From: Alphaproteobacteria bacterium
GTDB lineage: Bacteria > Pseudomonadota > Alphaproteobacteria > JBFXJJ01
Reading direction: 5' to 3'
Assembly (NCBI GenBank): GCA_050175015.1
Contig: JBFXJJ010000003.1
Location: forward strand, 1-64,000
DNA length: 64,000 nucleotides
This document shows, piece by piece, positions 31,334 through 41,576 of this stretch. The notes beneath the pieces were generated by a model. It was not told the DNA's origin. It ran no database searches and saw only the letters and a list, made by a program, of their open reading frames with translations. A program made the position numbers and the translations under genes. Within the stretch, counting starts at the first letter, position 1. Every line of letters starts with the position of its first letter.

Positions 31334-33298
31334 AAAGCTATAAGGATCAATATCAATCTTAATCTTGACATTAGCGGGTATCTTTAATCTTTTAAGCCAC
31401 TTCGAAATAATTTTCTGTGGCATATCGTCCATTTTTGTTTTGATTAAAAAGCGAAAACGGAAACGCCCTCCAAGCATATAAAAAGGGGCTTGAGTTGGTC
31501 CTAGTATGGTATATTCTTCATTATATGGAGCCACCTGAGCAAGTTCTCTTACAAATTGAGTTATTCTTGCTTCATTTTTTCCTGAAATAATAAGAGAAGC
31601 AAGCTTGCCAAACGGGGGCATAAAAAGTCTTTGCCTATCCTTTACTTCATTATTAATAAAATTCGTTTTATCATTATTTTTTAGTGCAATCATTACAGGA
31701 TTTTCACTCTGCCAAGTTTGAATTAAAACCCTGCCTTTTTTTTCGGCTCTTCCTGCTCTTCCCGAAACCTGATTCAAAAGCTGGAAAACCCTTTCAGATG
31801 CTCTAAGATCTCCCCCCGAAAGTCCAATGTCGGCATCAACAATCCCAACCAAAGTAAGCATAGGAAAATGATGACCTTTAGCTAATATCTGGGTTCCGAT
31901 AACAATATCAGTTTGATGGTTTTCAAGTTTTGCTACAATATCGCTAAAACCATTTTGAGTATCCGTAATATCGCTTGCCGCCAAATTGATACGTGCTTCG
32001 GGAAAATAACTTTTTATTTCTTCATAAATACGCTCTATTCCAGGTCCACAGGCGGTAAAAGATTCAAGCTCTCCACATTCGGGGCATTTCTCGGGGTATC
32101 TAATATTATAGTTGCAGTGATGACAAACCAACCGATTTTGAGAACGATGTTCAACCAACCACGCAGAACAATTAGGACACTGCATACGATGACCACACGA
32201 GCGGCATAAAGTCAAAGGAGCATAGCCTCTACGGTTTAGAAAAAGCAGCGTTTGCTCTTGCTGTTCCAGATTTTGGCAAATGGCCTGCTTTAATGGTTCA
32301 GAAATCCAAACGTCCCGTTTGGTCGGATATTTCTTTAAATCTATCAATTGAATTTCTGGCATAGAGGCGCCAGCAAAGCGCTCAGGCAGGGTTACTTGAG
32401 AATATTTTTCTTTTTGAACATTTACGATTGTTTCAATAGATGGCGTTGCGGAAGAAAGCAATATTGGAATTTTATTGATGCTGGCTCTAACAATTGCCAT
32501 ATCCCTTGCATTATAAATATTTCCTTCTTCCTGTTTGAAAGATGGGTCGTGTTCTTCATCAATAACAATGAGACCTAAATTGTTAAAAGGCAGAAATAAT
32601 GCTGAACGTGCGCCGGAGACAACTTTAATTTCACCAGAAATAATACCCTGCCATGTCTCCCGCCGCATTTTATTGGTAAGATTTGAGTGCCATTCGCAAG
32701 GCATTATGCCAAATCGTTTTTTAAACCGTTCTTTCCACTGAACACTTAATGATATTTCTGGCAGAAGAACTAGCACCTGTTTTTTTTCTTTTAATGTTTT
32801 GGCAATCGCTTCAAAATAAACTTCCGTTTTGCCAGAACCTGTTACGCCATCAATTAACGTTGCCGAAAATTCATTTACCAATTTGTTTTCTAAATTTTTA
32901 ACAGCTGTTTCTTGTTCCGTAGAAAGCGCTATAGTATCAAAATTTTCTTCTGGCTGCGGAAAGATGGTTTTTTTAGGAATGTCGAATATCTTAGGCGGCG
33001 ACATCATCATTTTCAGAACTAGTCCCTTATCAATCATATTATATGAAGATACCCAATCAACAAATTTTATGTTTTCCAGCGTTAGTGGCTGATTTTCTAA
33101 AATATTTATAATCGGTTTGACTTTGTCTTGAGGAATGTCTGAAAAACTCTCACTCCAAACAACGCCTGTTTTTATGCTTTTACCAAATGGAACCTGAACA
33201 AAATCGCCAATGTTAACCTCAAGATTATCTGGAACCAAATAATCAAAAGCTTTATTAAATGGAAGCGGCAATAAAACTGCGATTTGTTTCTTTTCCAT
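31328..33298 (-). CDS. priA: Primosomal protein N'
   Basis: GVTGSGKTEVY, DEEH, two Zn fingers, QVSGRAGR. Confidence 0.97.
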   Translation of the reverse strand: MEKKQIAVLLPLPFNKAFDYLVPDNLEVNIGDFVQVPFGKSIKTGVVWSESFSDIPQDKVKPIINILENQPLTLENIKFVDWVSSYNMIDKGLVLKMMMSPPKIFDIPKKTIFPQPEENFDTIALSTEQETAVKNLENKLVNEFSATLIDGVTGSGKTEVYFEAIAKTLKEKKQVLVLLPEISLSVQWKERFKKRFGIMPCEWHSNLTNKMRRETWQGIISGEIKVVSGARSALFLPFNNLGLIVIDEEHDPSFKQEEGNIYNARDMAIVRASINKIPILLSSATPSIETIVNVQKEKYSQVTLPERFAGASMPEIQLIDLKKYPTKRDVWISEPLKQAICQNLEQQEQTLLFLNRRGYAPLTLCRSCGHRMQCPNCSAWLVEHRSQNRLVCHHCNYNIRYPEKCPECGELESFTACGPGIERIYEEIKSYFPEARINLAASDITDTQNGFSDIVAKLENHQTDIVIGTQILAKGHHFPMLTLVGIVDADIGLSGGDLRASERVFQLLNQVSGRAGRAEKKGRVLIQTWQSENPVMIALKNNDKTNFINNEVKDRQRLFMPPFGKLASLIISGKNEARITQFVRELAQVAPYNEEYTILGPTQAPFYMLGGRFRFRFLIKTKMDDMPQKIISKWLKRLKIPANVKIKIDIDPYSFL

Positions 33299-33411
33299 CT
33301 TTTTACTTTCTACAGATATGCTATTATCAAAATGTTAATTTAAAGCCCTTATAAAGACTTAATGTAAATTAAAAAAGACTATAACAAAAATTATAAAAAG
33401 AGGATAGAATT

Positions 33412-34071
33412 ATGAAGTTTTTTGTTGATACCGCAGATATTGAAGACATTAAAGAATTAGCAAAAACAGGAATGGTAGACGGCGTTACTACGAATCCAAG
33501 CCTTGTTGCCAAGTCGGGTGCTAATATGAAAGAGTTAATTGCAGAAATCTGCAAAACTATTTCTGGACCTGTCAGTGCTGAAGTTACGGCTCTTGATTTT
33601 GAAACAATGATGAAAGAAGCTAATGAGCTTAGAAAGATTGCCAAGAATGTTGCCATTAAAGTTCCATTAACAATGGACGGACTTAAAACCTGCAAAACCT
33701 TAAGCTCAGAAGGAACTATGGTAAATGTTACGCTGTGCTTTACCGCAGGTCAGGCAATTTTAGCCGCCAAAGCTGGAGCAACTTTTGTTTCACCTTTTGT
33801 CGGCAGGCTCGATGACTTAGGTGTCAGTGGTATGCAGTTGATTGATGATATAGTTGGCATTTATGAAAACTATGAGGCTTTTAATACGGAAGTTTTAGTT
33901 GCTTCTGTAAGAAGTGTTGAACACGTAGTTGATGCCGCTCGTTATGGAGCCCACGTTGTAACTGTTCCTCCTAAGATTATTAAACAATTATTCCACCACC
34001 CGCTAACGGACAGCGGTATCAAAACCTTTATGGAAGATTGGGCAAAAACAGGTCAATCAATTTTAAAATAA
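33412..34071 (+). CDS. tal: Transaldolase / fructose-6-phosphate aldolase family
   Basis: [26 protein letters not shown]. Confidence 0.9.
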   Translation: MKFFVDTADIEDIKELAKTGMVDGVTTNPSLVAKSGANMKELIAEICKTISGPVSAEVTALDFETMMKEANELRKIAKNVAIKVPLTMDGLKTCKTLSSEGTMVNVTLCFTAGQAILAAKAGATFVSPFVGRLDDLGVSGMQLIDDIVGIYENYEAFNTEVLVASVRSVEHVVDAARYGAHVVTVPPKIIKQLFHHPLTDSGIKTFMEDWAKTGQSILK

Positions 34072-34081
34072 CTGAAGAAAA

Positions 34082-35056
34082 ATGAATCAAGACCTTGAAA
34101 AAAATAAAGCAATTTATTTTTGCGGCGATGAGAAACTTAAAGCTCTTATTGCCGCTTGGCTTGATTGGCTAAAACTTGAAAAAAGAGTATCTCTTCATAC
34201 GATTGATGGGTATGCCAGAGACTTAGCCGCTTTTTTAGGTTTTGCCTGTGAACACACAGGAGATCTTCCCACAATAAAAATTTTAAATAATCTTAAAATC
34301 GCAGATTTTAGGGCTTTTCTTTCCTTAAGACTGGCAAGTGGCATCTCGCGCTCTTCTATGGCAAGAGCGATGTCCAGTCTGCATAATTTTTATAAATGGG
34401 GACGCAAAGAGAAAAAACTTTTTAACGATAATATTAAGGGTGTCAAAGCACCTAAAGTGCCTAAGTCTGTTCCCAAACCTTTAGCCAAAGATGAAGCTTT
34501 TGATGTTATCGAAATTGCTAAAGAGCTTTATGATGAACCGTGGCTGGCTAATCGTGATGCCGCTATCTTTACGCTGCTCTATGGCTGCGGTCTTCGTATC
34601 AGCGAAGCACTCTCTCTTGATATAAAAGATATTCCTGACAGTTCGTTTTTAAAAATTAGAGGAAAAGGTGATAAGGAAAGAATAGTTCCTGTTTTGCCTG
34701 AAGTAAAAGAAGCCATCTTGAAATATTATAACAGCCGCCCTTTTACTAAAGAAAAAGATGAGCCTCTTTTTGTTGGTCTTAGAGGCAAAAGACTTGATCC
34801 TGGGGTTGTGCAGAGACAAATGAGAAAAATCAGAGCCTATGCTGGGCTTCCAGAAACGGCAACGCCGCACGCTCTTAGACATAGTTTTGCGACGCATCTT
34901 CTTGAAGGCAGCGGAAACTTGCGAGCGGTTCAAGAACTTTTAGGACACTCGTCATTATCAACAACGCAAAGATATACCGAAGTTGATACAGGAATGATGC
35001 TTAAAATTTATAATAAGGCTCACCCTAGAGCAAAAAAAACAAAAGAAGATGAATAA
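34082..35056 (+). CDS. xerC: Tyrosine recombinase XerC
   Basis: LYGCGLRISEAL, GKGDKER, TPHALRHSFATHLL, LGHSSLSTTQRYT. Confidence 0.92.
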   Translation: MNQDLEKNKAIYFCGDEKLKALIAAWLDWLKLEKRVSLHTIDGYARDLAAFLGFACEHTGDLPTIKILNNLKIADFRAFLSLRLASGISRSSMARAMSSLHNFYKWGRKEKKLFNDNIKGVKAPKVPKSVPKPLAKDEAFDVIEIAKELYDEPWLANRDAAIFTLLYGCGLRISEALSLDIKDIPDSSFLKIRGKGDKERIVPVLPEVKEAILKYYNSRPFTKEKDEPLFVGLRGKRLDPGVVQRQMRKIRAYAGLPETATPHALRHSFATHLLEGSGNLRAVQELLGHSSLSTTQRYTEVDTGMMLKIYNKAHPRAKKTKEDE

Positions 35057-35119
35057 ATTTGTATTTGATTATTGCCAAAATAAAATGAATAAGCTAAAAG
35101 ATAAAAGCTTTCTTTGAAC

Positions 35120-35210
35120 GGAGAGGTGGCCGAGTGGTCGAAGGCGCACGATTGGAAATCGTGTGTGCGGCAAAACCGTACCGAGGGTTCGAATCCCTCT
35201 CTCTCCGCCA
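35120..35210 (+). tRNA. tRNA-Ser(GGA)
   Basis: GGAGAGGTGGCCGAGTGG..TT-GGA-AA, long variable arm, GGTTCGAATCC..CCGCCA. Confidence 0.96.
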
Positions 35211-35848
35211 ATTTACAATCCAATAAAATTTGCTAAAGTTTATCAAGCCCGCAGAAAAAAGAGTTTTTTAAGCGGGTTTTTGTTTGTTTAAATCCGATGC
35301 AATTCATTGACATCTAAAAAATGGGGGTACATTTAGAGGTGTGTTTTAAGAACCAATTAGGATATATCGCTATAATTTTCATGGGTGTCTTCATATTTTG
35401 TATAAGATAATGTAATTCTATTACGAAGAACTTATCTCCACTCTAAACAAAAGGTTAGTTCTGTTCTGAAAAACGTGGAGCTTTTGCATAAAGTTGACAA
35501 TGCCTAATTATATAGTTTTTTTAATTTTCTAAAAGTTCGCTTTTGATTGTTAGTTTAAAATCAGGATACCAGAAAGGTTGGTTCTTAAACTGCACTTGTT
35601 TTGTTTCTGCAGCACTATCAGGTTTCTCTTCTAAATCGCTGGGCGATTAGAAATAAAAAGAATAGAAATGACGCATAAAATAATCTTTCGTTTGTCCAGA
35701 TTTTACCAACGATATTTTGATTAAACAACAAATTATGAAGTAAGAACAAAGCATTTATTGTCAATGAATACTATTATATGTATTATTAAGTATAATACAG
35801 CGTTTACTTTTAATTATTTTAGAAAATTTTTGTAAAAGGAAGTGGTAT

Positions 35849-37447
35849 ATGACAACACTTGATATGTTTTGTTTGACGATTTACTTTGTATTAGTTGCCA
35901 TCGTTGCTATATGGACTGGACGAGGTAGTCGCAAAGACAGTAAATCATTTTTTCTAGCAGGAGGGTCCATTGGCTGGGTAGCTATTGGTGCCAGCATTTT
36001 TGCCAGTAATATCTCTACAGAACATTTTATTGGTTTGGCTGGAACTGGAGCGAGTTCTGGTTTGGCTGTAGCCCAATTTGAAATTTTAGCCTGTTTGATT
36101 CTGTTATTGTTAGGTTGGTTGTTTGTGCCGTTTTACCTGCGTACGGGTGTTTTTACTATGCCTGAATTTTTAGAAAGACGTTTTAATTCCAAATGTCGAA
36201 CCTATCTTTCTGGAATTTCGATTGTAGCTTATGTGTTTACCAAGGTCAGCGTGGCTGTCTATGCTGGAGCATTGGTGCTGAACACCATGCTTGGCTGGAA
36301 TATGTGGCTAGGCGCTATAGCTCTTATTTTGGCAACAGGGGTATATACTGTTTTTGGTGGTTTGAAAGCGGTTATTTATACTGATTTCTTCCAAGCTTTT
36401 GTATTGGTGCTAGGTGCTGCTATCTTGACTGGCATTGCTGTAACTAAGGTAGGGGGCGTCCATGAATTACTAATCCAAACACCACCAGAATTTATGAGCC
36501 TGTGGAAAAGCGCATCAGATCCTGATTTCCCGTGGACAGGAATTATTTTTGGCGCACCTCTGCTTGGAATTTGGTATTGGTGTACTGATCAAATGATTGT
36601 ACAACGCACGCTGGCTTCAAGAAATGTTGACGATGCTCGCAAAGCAACGGTTATGGCGGGCTTTTTAAAAATCCTGCCAATGTTTCTGCTAGTGCTTCCT
36701 GGTTTGGCTGGAAGAATTATTTATCCTGATGTCGCTCCAGATGCTATATATGCGACTATGGTTAATAACCTGCTCGTACCAGGAGTGAAAGGTTTTGTGG
36801 TTGCAGCCTTGCTTTCTGCCCTGATGAGTTCGCTGTCGTCAGTATTTAATAGTGGTGCAACTCTTATGGTTATGGATTTTTACAAAAGGTTTAAACCTGA
36901 AACACCAGAAAAAAAACTGGTACATGTTGGACAAGCAACAACAGGATTTTTGATTCTAGTCAGCTTGGCGTGGCTGCCGTTTATTGGCGTTATGAGCAAC
37001 CAGCTTTATGTATATTTACAATCAGTACAAGGTTATATTTCTCCACCAATTACCGCTGTATTTCTTTTGGGCGTATTGTGGAAGAGGGCTAATGGAAAAG
37101 CGGCTTTTGCCGCACTGATTACGGGTTTTATTGTGGGAGCCGCTCGCTTTCTTACGGAAGTATTGGTTAAATCAGGCATCTTGTCTCATAGGTTTTTTAC
37201 CCTGTTTGCTGGGATTAATTTTCTTCATTTTGCCTTTTTCCTGTTCGCATTATCTTTATTGGTAATTATTGTGGTTAGCTTGCTTACAGCTCCACCTACA
37301 AAAAATAATTTATCTATTTTTGCGCAGACTAAAGATACTGGTGAAGTAGTTGCTAAGCCGCAAGCCCTAACGGTAATGCTCAGTATATTGTTAGGTTTTG
37401 TAGTTATCGGCATTTGGCTAATTTTTAGTCCTCTGGTTTTTAATTAG
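35849..37447 (+). CDS. Sodium:solute symporter (SGLT-like, sugar or inositol)
   Basis: FFLAG, ASNISTEHFIGLAGTG, TMPEFLERRF, WYWCTDQMIVQRTL; many TM helices. Confidence 0.92.
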   Translation: MTTLDMFCLTIYFVLVAIVAIWTGRGSRKDSKSFFLAGGSIGWVAIGASIFASNISTEHFIGLAGTGASSGLAVAQFEILACLILLLLGWLFVPFYLRTGVFTMPEFLERRFNSKCRTYLSGISIVAYVFTKVSVAVYAGALVLNTMLGWNMWLGAIALILATGVYTVFGGLKAVIYTDFFQAFVLVLGAAILTGIAVTKVGGVHELLIQTPPEFMSLWKSASDPDFPWTGIIFGAPLLGIWYWCTDQMIVQRTLASRNVDDARKATVMAGFLKILPMFLLVLPGLAGRIIYPDVAPDAIYATMVNNLLVPGVKGFVVAALLSALMSSLSSVFNSGATLMVMDFYKRFKPETPEKKLVHVGQATTGFLILVSLAWLPFIGVMSNQLYVYLQSVQGYISPPITAVFLLGVLWKRANGKAAFAALITGFIVGAARFLTEVLVKSGILSHRFFTLFAGINFLHFAFFLFALSLLVIIVVSLLTAPPTKNNLSIFAQTKDTGEVVAKPQALTVMLSILLGFVVIGIWLIFSPLVFN

Positions 37448-37513
37448 AGCGTATGTTGTTTAATCGGAATTATTCTGACGGAATAAAAAACGCCATATGT
37501 ACTCTTTTTGTTC

Positions 37514-37542
37514 TTGACATTTGGAGCTTTTTCCCTTATAGT
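37514..37542 (+). promoter_or_regulatory. Sigma70 promoter upstream of the toxin gene
   Basis: TTGACA-17 bp-TATAGT. Confidence 0.7.
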
Positions 37543-37588
37543 GATTTTTAATAATCCTTAAGGATAACTTATATTATCGATTTAGTAT

Positions 37589-37664
37589 AAGCCCTGTTTG
37601 AATACTTTTTTAAAGTTGTGTTTTGTTTGCAGCTTTAGGAGATTTTCGAACAGGGCTTTTTTTT
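37589..37664 (+). terminator. Long U-tailed hairpin in the toxin-gene leader
   Basis: AAGCCCTGTTTGAA...TTCGAACAGGGCTT followed by a T-run; extended inner pairing. Confidence 0.65.
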
Positions 37665-37695
37665 ATGTTTTAAAATATTATGAAGGGATAAAAAA

Positions 37696-39177
37696 ATGTC
37701 TAATGAGAATATTAAAGAAAATAGTTTGTTAAAAAATACTTTAGCTGAGAACTAAAGTTCTGATTTAGAAGATGTTGTAAAGGTCAAAACCATTTTAGGA
37801 AACCTTGGTTTTTATGAACCAGAAGAAAGGATAGGAGAAAGCAGCGCTAATATATCACCCTATCCTAATGCTAATTTGTTTAACGGGATTAGAAAATATC
37901 AAAAAGCCAAGGGATTAACCATTGACGGAGTTATGAAGCCAGATGGAGAAACAGAAAACAGTTTAAAAGATATTCTCTCAGGAAGAATTTTTCCTATAGA
38001 GGGCGTTTCTAAAAATAAGCAGATCTTTGAGAATGGTGCATTTAAGGGTTTGAACGATTATATAAGTTCGAACAGTTCCGTTAATAATGATGATGTTTTA
38101 AATGTCAAGAAGGTGCTGGTTAAGGCAGGGCATTATGAACCGAACAGCCGAGCAGGAGAAAGTGTCTCTAACTTAAGCGGTTATCCTGATGAGACTTTTT
38201 TTAATGCTATAAAGAGCTTTCAGAAAGACAAAGGTTTATTAGTTGACGGAGTAATGAAGAAAGGCGGTGAGACCGAGAGCGCATTGATGAACAGTTTTAT
38301 GGAACCAAGTGAGAAAGAGAAAGCAAGGTTAAAAAAAGCTGGGATTTATAACAAAGTAAGATTTATGACTGAACCTGTTGCCAACAAAGATAACTCTCAA
38401 GAAAACAAAAGCTCAATAACACAGGCTCAAGAAACAAACTCTCAAAATAAAGATGTTAACAAAACGCTTTCTAAAGAAAACAGTATAGATGCCGACAAAC
38501 TAACCATAAATGATTTTGGAAAAAAGGGAGAAAAATGTATAAATATTAATACGTTTCAAAATACTTTTCCTAACAAAGCCAGTGCAGAGGCTCAAAGACA
38601 AGGTATTGTTTATCGGGAAGTAAATCCTGATGCTGGAAAGAACACGGCTATTTACATGGCAAATGAAATGAATAAAAATTCAAAGGAAGTACAGACTGAA
38701 ACCTATAAACAAAATTCAAGTTTTTATAGTGATGTTAATGACAATAAGAAATGGGATCATAAACCTCAAATCAAAAATGAAATTACCAATGGCTTAAATG
38801 TTGAGATCAAAAAGCCTAGAGATGGAAACCCTAATATCCAGCCTCCTGTTAACTATAGATCTAAAGATGGTACTTTACATAATGTAACAACAATCAAAGG
38901 CGATGATAAGAATGTATACGATCATGACATCTGGTCTAATGTGCATTATGGTTATGTTGGCAGAGCTAATGAAAGTTCAAAAACTTTTTTAAAAGTAGGA
39001 AGCTTTGTAGAAGACTTGGTTAAAAACAGAAGTTTTGAGCTCAAAGACTTAGAAGCTGTTAACCTTGGTTCGAAACTTTGGGATAAATACGGTTCAAAAG
39101 GAATAGATATAACTCCTGAAATTTTAAATGAAGAAAGCATAAAAAATAAAGATAAATTAAGCACTTACCCTAGATAA
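37696..39177 (+). pseudogene. Polymorphic toxin: two PG-binding-like repeats + linker + Ntox44-like predicted RNase; in-frame TAA at codon 20
   Basis: ATG 37696 with AAGGGA RBS, MSNENIKENSLLKNTLAEN*SSDLEDVVKVK.. in frame with ORF 37876-39177; C-terminal WDHKP..YDHDIWSNVHYGYVG..D..AV.LG..LW. Confidence 0.75.
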
Positions 39178-39715
39178 CACAAGTTAAAACAAACATAACA
39201 AAGGCTGTAAGAGATAGGGATATACTCTTATCTTTATCTCTTACAAGCATAAATATATTATAAATATATATAATAGGAAAAATATATTGTATATAATAAA
39301 AAGGGGCAGTAATTAACATAACAAGTCGTCCTACAGAACGCTCTATTGTTAGATAGAAAAAAAACCATATGAAAAACTTTATTAATTGAAAAAAAATCAG
39401 AAGGAATATTGCTTGTTTTTGATAGGTATTCCAATTTTTTAATTTTAAATAACTATATAAATAAAATAATATTATCAAAGATAAAAATATGCAAAAACAA
39501 AAACCAGTCCAGACTATGATATTATGATATTGGTAATTTTGAACTATATATGAACCTATAAAGTGAATCATATAAAATATAGGGCCAAAGATAATAGAAC
39601 TGATATAATAATGCAAACCAACAACATATCTATCATTAAGAATAAAAAACTGTATCAAAGCTAGAAGAGCAATAACACCGACTTTAAACCATTTATTTTG
39701 AAGAATTTTTAACAC
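39170..39715 (-). CDS. Multi-pass membrane protein, cassette copy 1 (candidate immunity)
   Basis: GTG start with AGGA RBS, about 5 TM helices; stop overlaps the toxin stop. Confidence 0.75.
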   Translation of the reverse strand: MLKILQNKWFKVGVIALLALIQFFILNDRYVVGLHYYISSIIFGPIFYMIHFIGSYIVQNYQYHNIIVWTGFCFCIFLSLIILFYLYSYLKLKNWNTYQKQAIFLLIFFQLIKFFIWFFFYLTIERSVGRLVMLITAPFYYIQYIFPIIYIYNIFMLVRDKDKSISLSLTAFVMFVLTCVI

Positions 39716-39923
39716 TTAACGCTTTTTCCTAAAGTTCAATATAAAATCACTTTTTAAAATCTTAACAATGATATTATAATTAAACAACAAAATCTTTTTT
39801 TAAAGATACCTATGCCGAAGCCGTTAAACTTTTAGGATAAATATGGTTCAAAAGGAATAGATATAACTCCTGAAATTTTAAATGAAGAAATCATAAAAAA
39901 TAAAGATAAATTAAGCACTTACT

Positions 39924-40460
39924 CTAGATAACACAGGTTAAAACAAACATAACAAAGGCTGTAAGAGATAGGGATATACTCTTATCTTTATCTCTTACAA
40001 GCATAAATATATTATAAATAGAAACAAGATAAAAAGGAAAACGAATATAGTAAAAAGGAGCGATTATCAGCCATAATCCTCTTCCTAATGAATACTTTTC
40101 TGTTAAATATATAAAAATACAAATAAAAAACTTTATTAATTGAAAAGTAGAAAAAAGAAATATCGCTTGTTTTTTGTAAGTTTTCCAATTTTTTGATCTT
40201 AAATATTTATATAAGTAAAACAGTATTATCGAAGCCAATATTATAGATACACAAAAACCTATCCAACCTATTGGATAAGCGTAAGGGCGGTAATTTTGAG
40301 TTACATAAGATGCTATATAAAAAGCGGGAGAAAAGATAAGATAACTAATAAGAAGATGAAAACCTAAAATTAAGTTATTATTATAACAAAAAGACGGAAT
40401 TATAGTGATGAAAACAATGAAGCCTATTTTAAACCATTTATTTTGAAGAATTTTTAACAC
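39924..40460 (-). CDS. Multi-pass membrane protein, cassette copy 2
   Basis: Paralog sharing MLKILQNKWFK and ..SISLSLTAFVMFVLTCVI; divergent middle. Confidence 0.75.
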   Translation of the reverse strand: MLKILQNKWFKIGFIVFITIIPSFCYNNNLILGFHLLISYLIFSPAFYIASYVTQNYRPYAYPIGWIGFCVSIILASIILFYLYKYLRSKNWKTYKKQAIFLFSTFQLIKFFICIFIYLTEKYSLGRGLWLIIAPFYYIRFPFYLVSIYNIFMLVRDKDKSISLSLTAFVMFVLTCVI

Positions 40461-40668
40461 TTAATGCTTTTTCCTAAAGTTCAATATAAAATCACTTTTT
40501 AAAATCTTAACAATGATATTATAATTAAACAACAAAATCTTTTTTTAAAGATACCTATGCCGAAGCCGTTAAACTTTTAGGATAAATATGGTTCAAAAGG
40601 AATAGATATAACTCCTGAAATTTTAAACGAAGAAATCATAAAAAATAAAGATAAATTAAGCACTTACC

Positions 40669-41208
40669 CTAGATAAAAAACTTATACATTATAAATGATG
40701 TAAGAGATAAAGATATGCTTTTATTTTTATCTCTTATTATCATAATAGCATTGTAAATATATATAATCGGGAGAATATATTGCATATGATAAAAAGAAAA
40801 TATAATTATCATAGCACGTCGTCCTACAGAACGTTCTATTGTTATATAGAAAAAAAGCCATATGAAAAATTTTATTAATTGAAAAAATGAAAAGAAAAAT
40901 ATTGCTTGTTTTTGATAGTTTTTCCAGCTTTTCGATTTTAAATATTTATATAAATAAAACAATATTACTAAAGATAAAAAAATACAAAAATAAAAACCAG
41001 TCCAGACTATGATATTATGATATTGGTAATTTTGAACTATATATGAACCTATGAGATGTAATATATATAGCGGAAGGGAAAAAAGATAACCACTAACAAA
41101 GATACCAAAGCCAAAGAACAATTCATATTTAAAGAAATAAAACTGTATCAGAGCTAAAAGAGCAATAATCCCTATTTTAAACCATTTGTTTTGAAGAATT
41201 TTTAACAC
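40669..41208 (-). CDS. Multi-pass membrane protein, cassette copy 3
   Basis: Paralog sharing IGSYIVQNYQYHNIIVWTGF with copy 1. Confidence 0.75.
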   Translation of the reverse strand: MLKILQNKWFKIGIIALLALIQFYFFKYELFFGFGIFVSGYLFSLPLYILHLIGSYIVQNYQYHNIIVWTGFYFCIFLSLVILFYLYKYLKSKSWKNYQKQAIFFFSFFQLIKFFIWLFFYITIERSVGRRAMIIIFSFYHMQYILPIIYIYNAIMIIRDKNKSISLSLTSFIMYKFFI

Positions 41209-41416
41209 TTAACGCTTTTTCCTAAAGTTCAATATAAAATCACTTTTTAAAATCTTAACAACGATATTATAATTAAACAACAAAATCTTTTTTTAAAGAT
41301 ACCTATGCCGAAGCCGTTAAACTTTTAGGATAAATATGGTTCAAAAGGAATAGATATAACTCCTGAAATTTTAAATGAAGAAATCATAAAAAATAAAGAT
41401 AAATTAAGCACTTACC

Positions 41417-41505
41417 CTAGATAACACAGGTTAAAACAAACATAACAAAGGCTGTAAGAGATAGGGATATACTCTTATCTTTATCTCTTACAAGCATAAA
41501 TATAT
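41417..41505 (-). pseudogene. 3' remnant of a fourth cassette gene
   Basis: Encodes MLVRDKDKSISLSLTAFVMFVLTCVI* only. Confidence 0.8.
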
Positions 41506-41576
41506 ATAATAGCTACTATAAATGCTGAAATATTTTTAATAAAGAGTTTTGTAAAAGCAAGTATGATTAAGAAAAA

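Larger units (their letters stand above)
39081..41505. repeat. Tandem array of ~750-bp cassettes (starts 39081, 39835, 40580, 41328)
   Basis: Near-identical block GGATAAATA(C/T)GGTTCAAAAGGAATAGATATAACTCCTGAA.. recurs at offsets of 754, 745 and 748 bp. Confidence 0.95.

Noticed and set aside
34082-35056. Island integrase next to tRNA-Ser(GGA)
   Set aside because: Motifs and priA-tal synteny identify chromosomal XerC, and it lies on the 5' side of the tRNA.
35181-35210. Second att site of the element at tRNA-Ser(CGA)
   Set aside because: It is the 3' end of a complete second tRNA gene, in inverted orientation, with housekeeping genes in between.
39081-41505. CRISPR array or DGR template/variable repeats
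   Set aside because: Units are ~750 bp and protein-coding. There are no cas or reverse transcriptase genes, and the variation does not look restricted to adenines.
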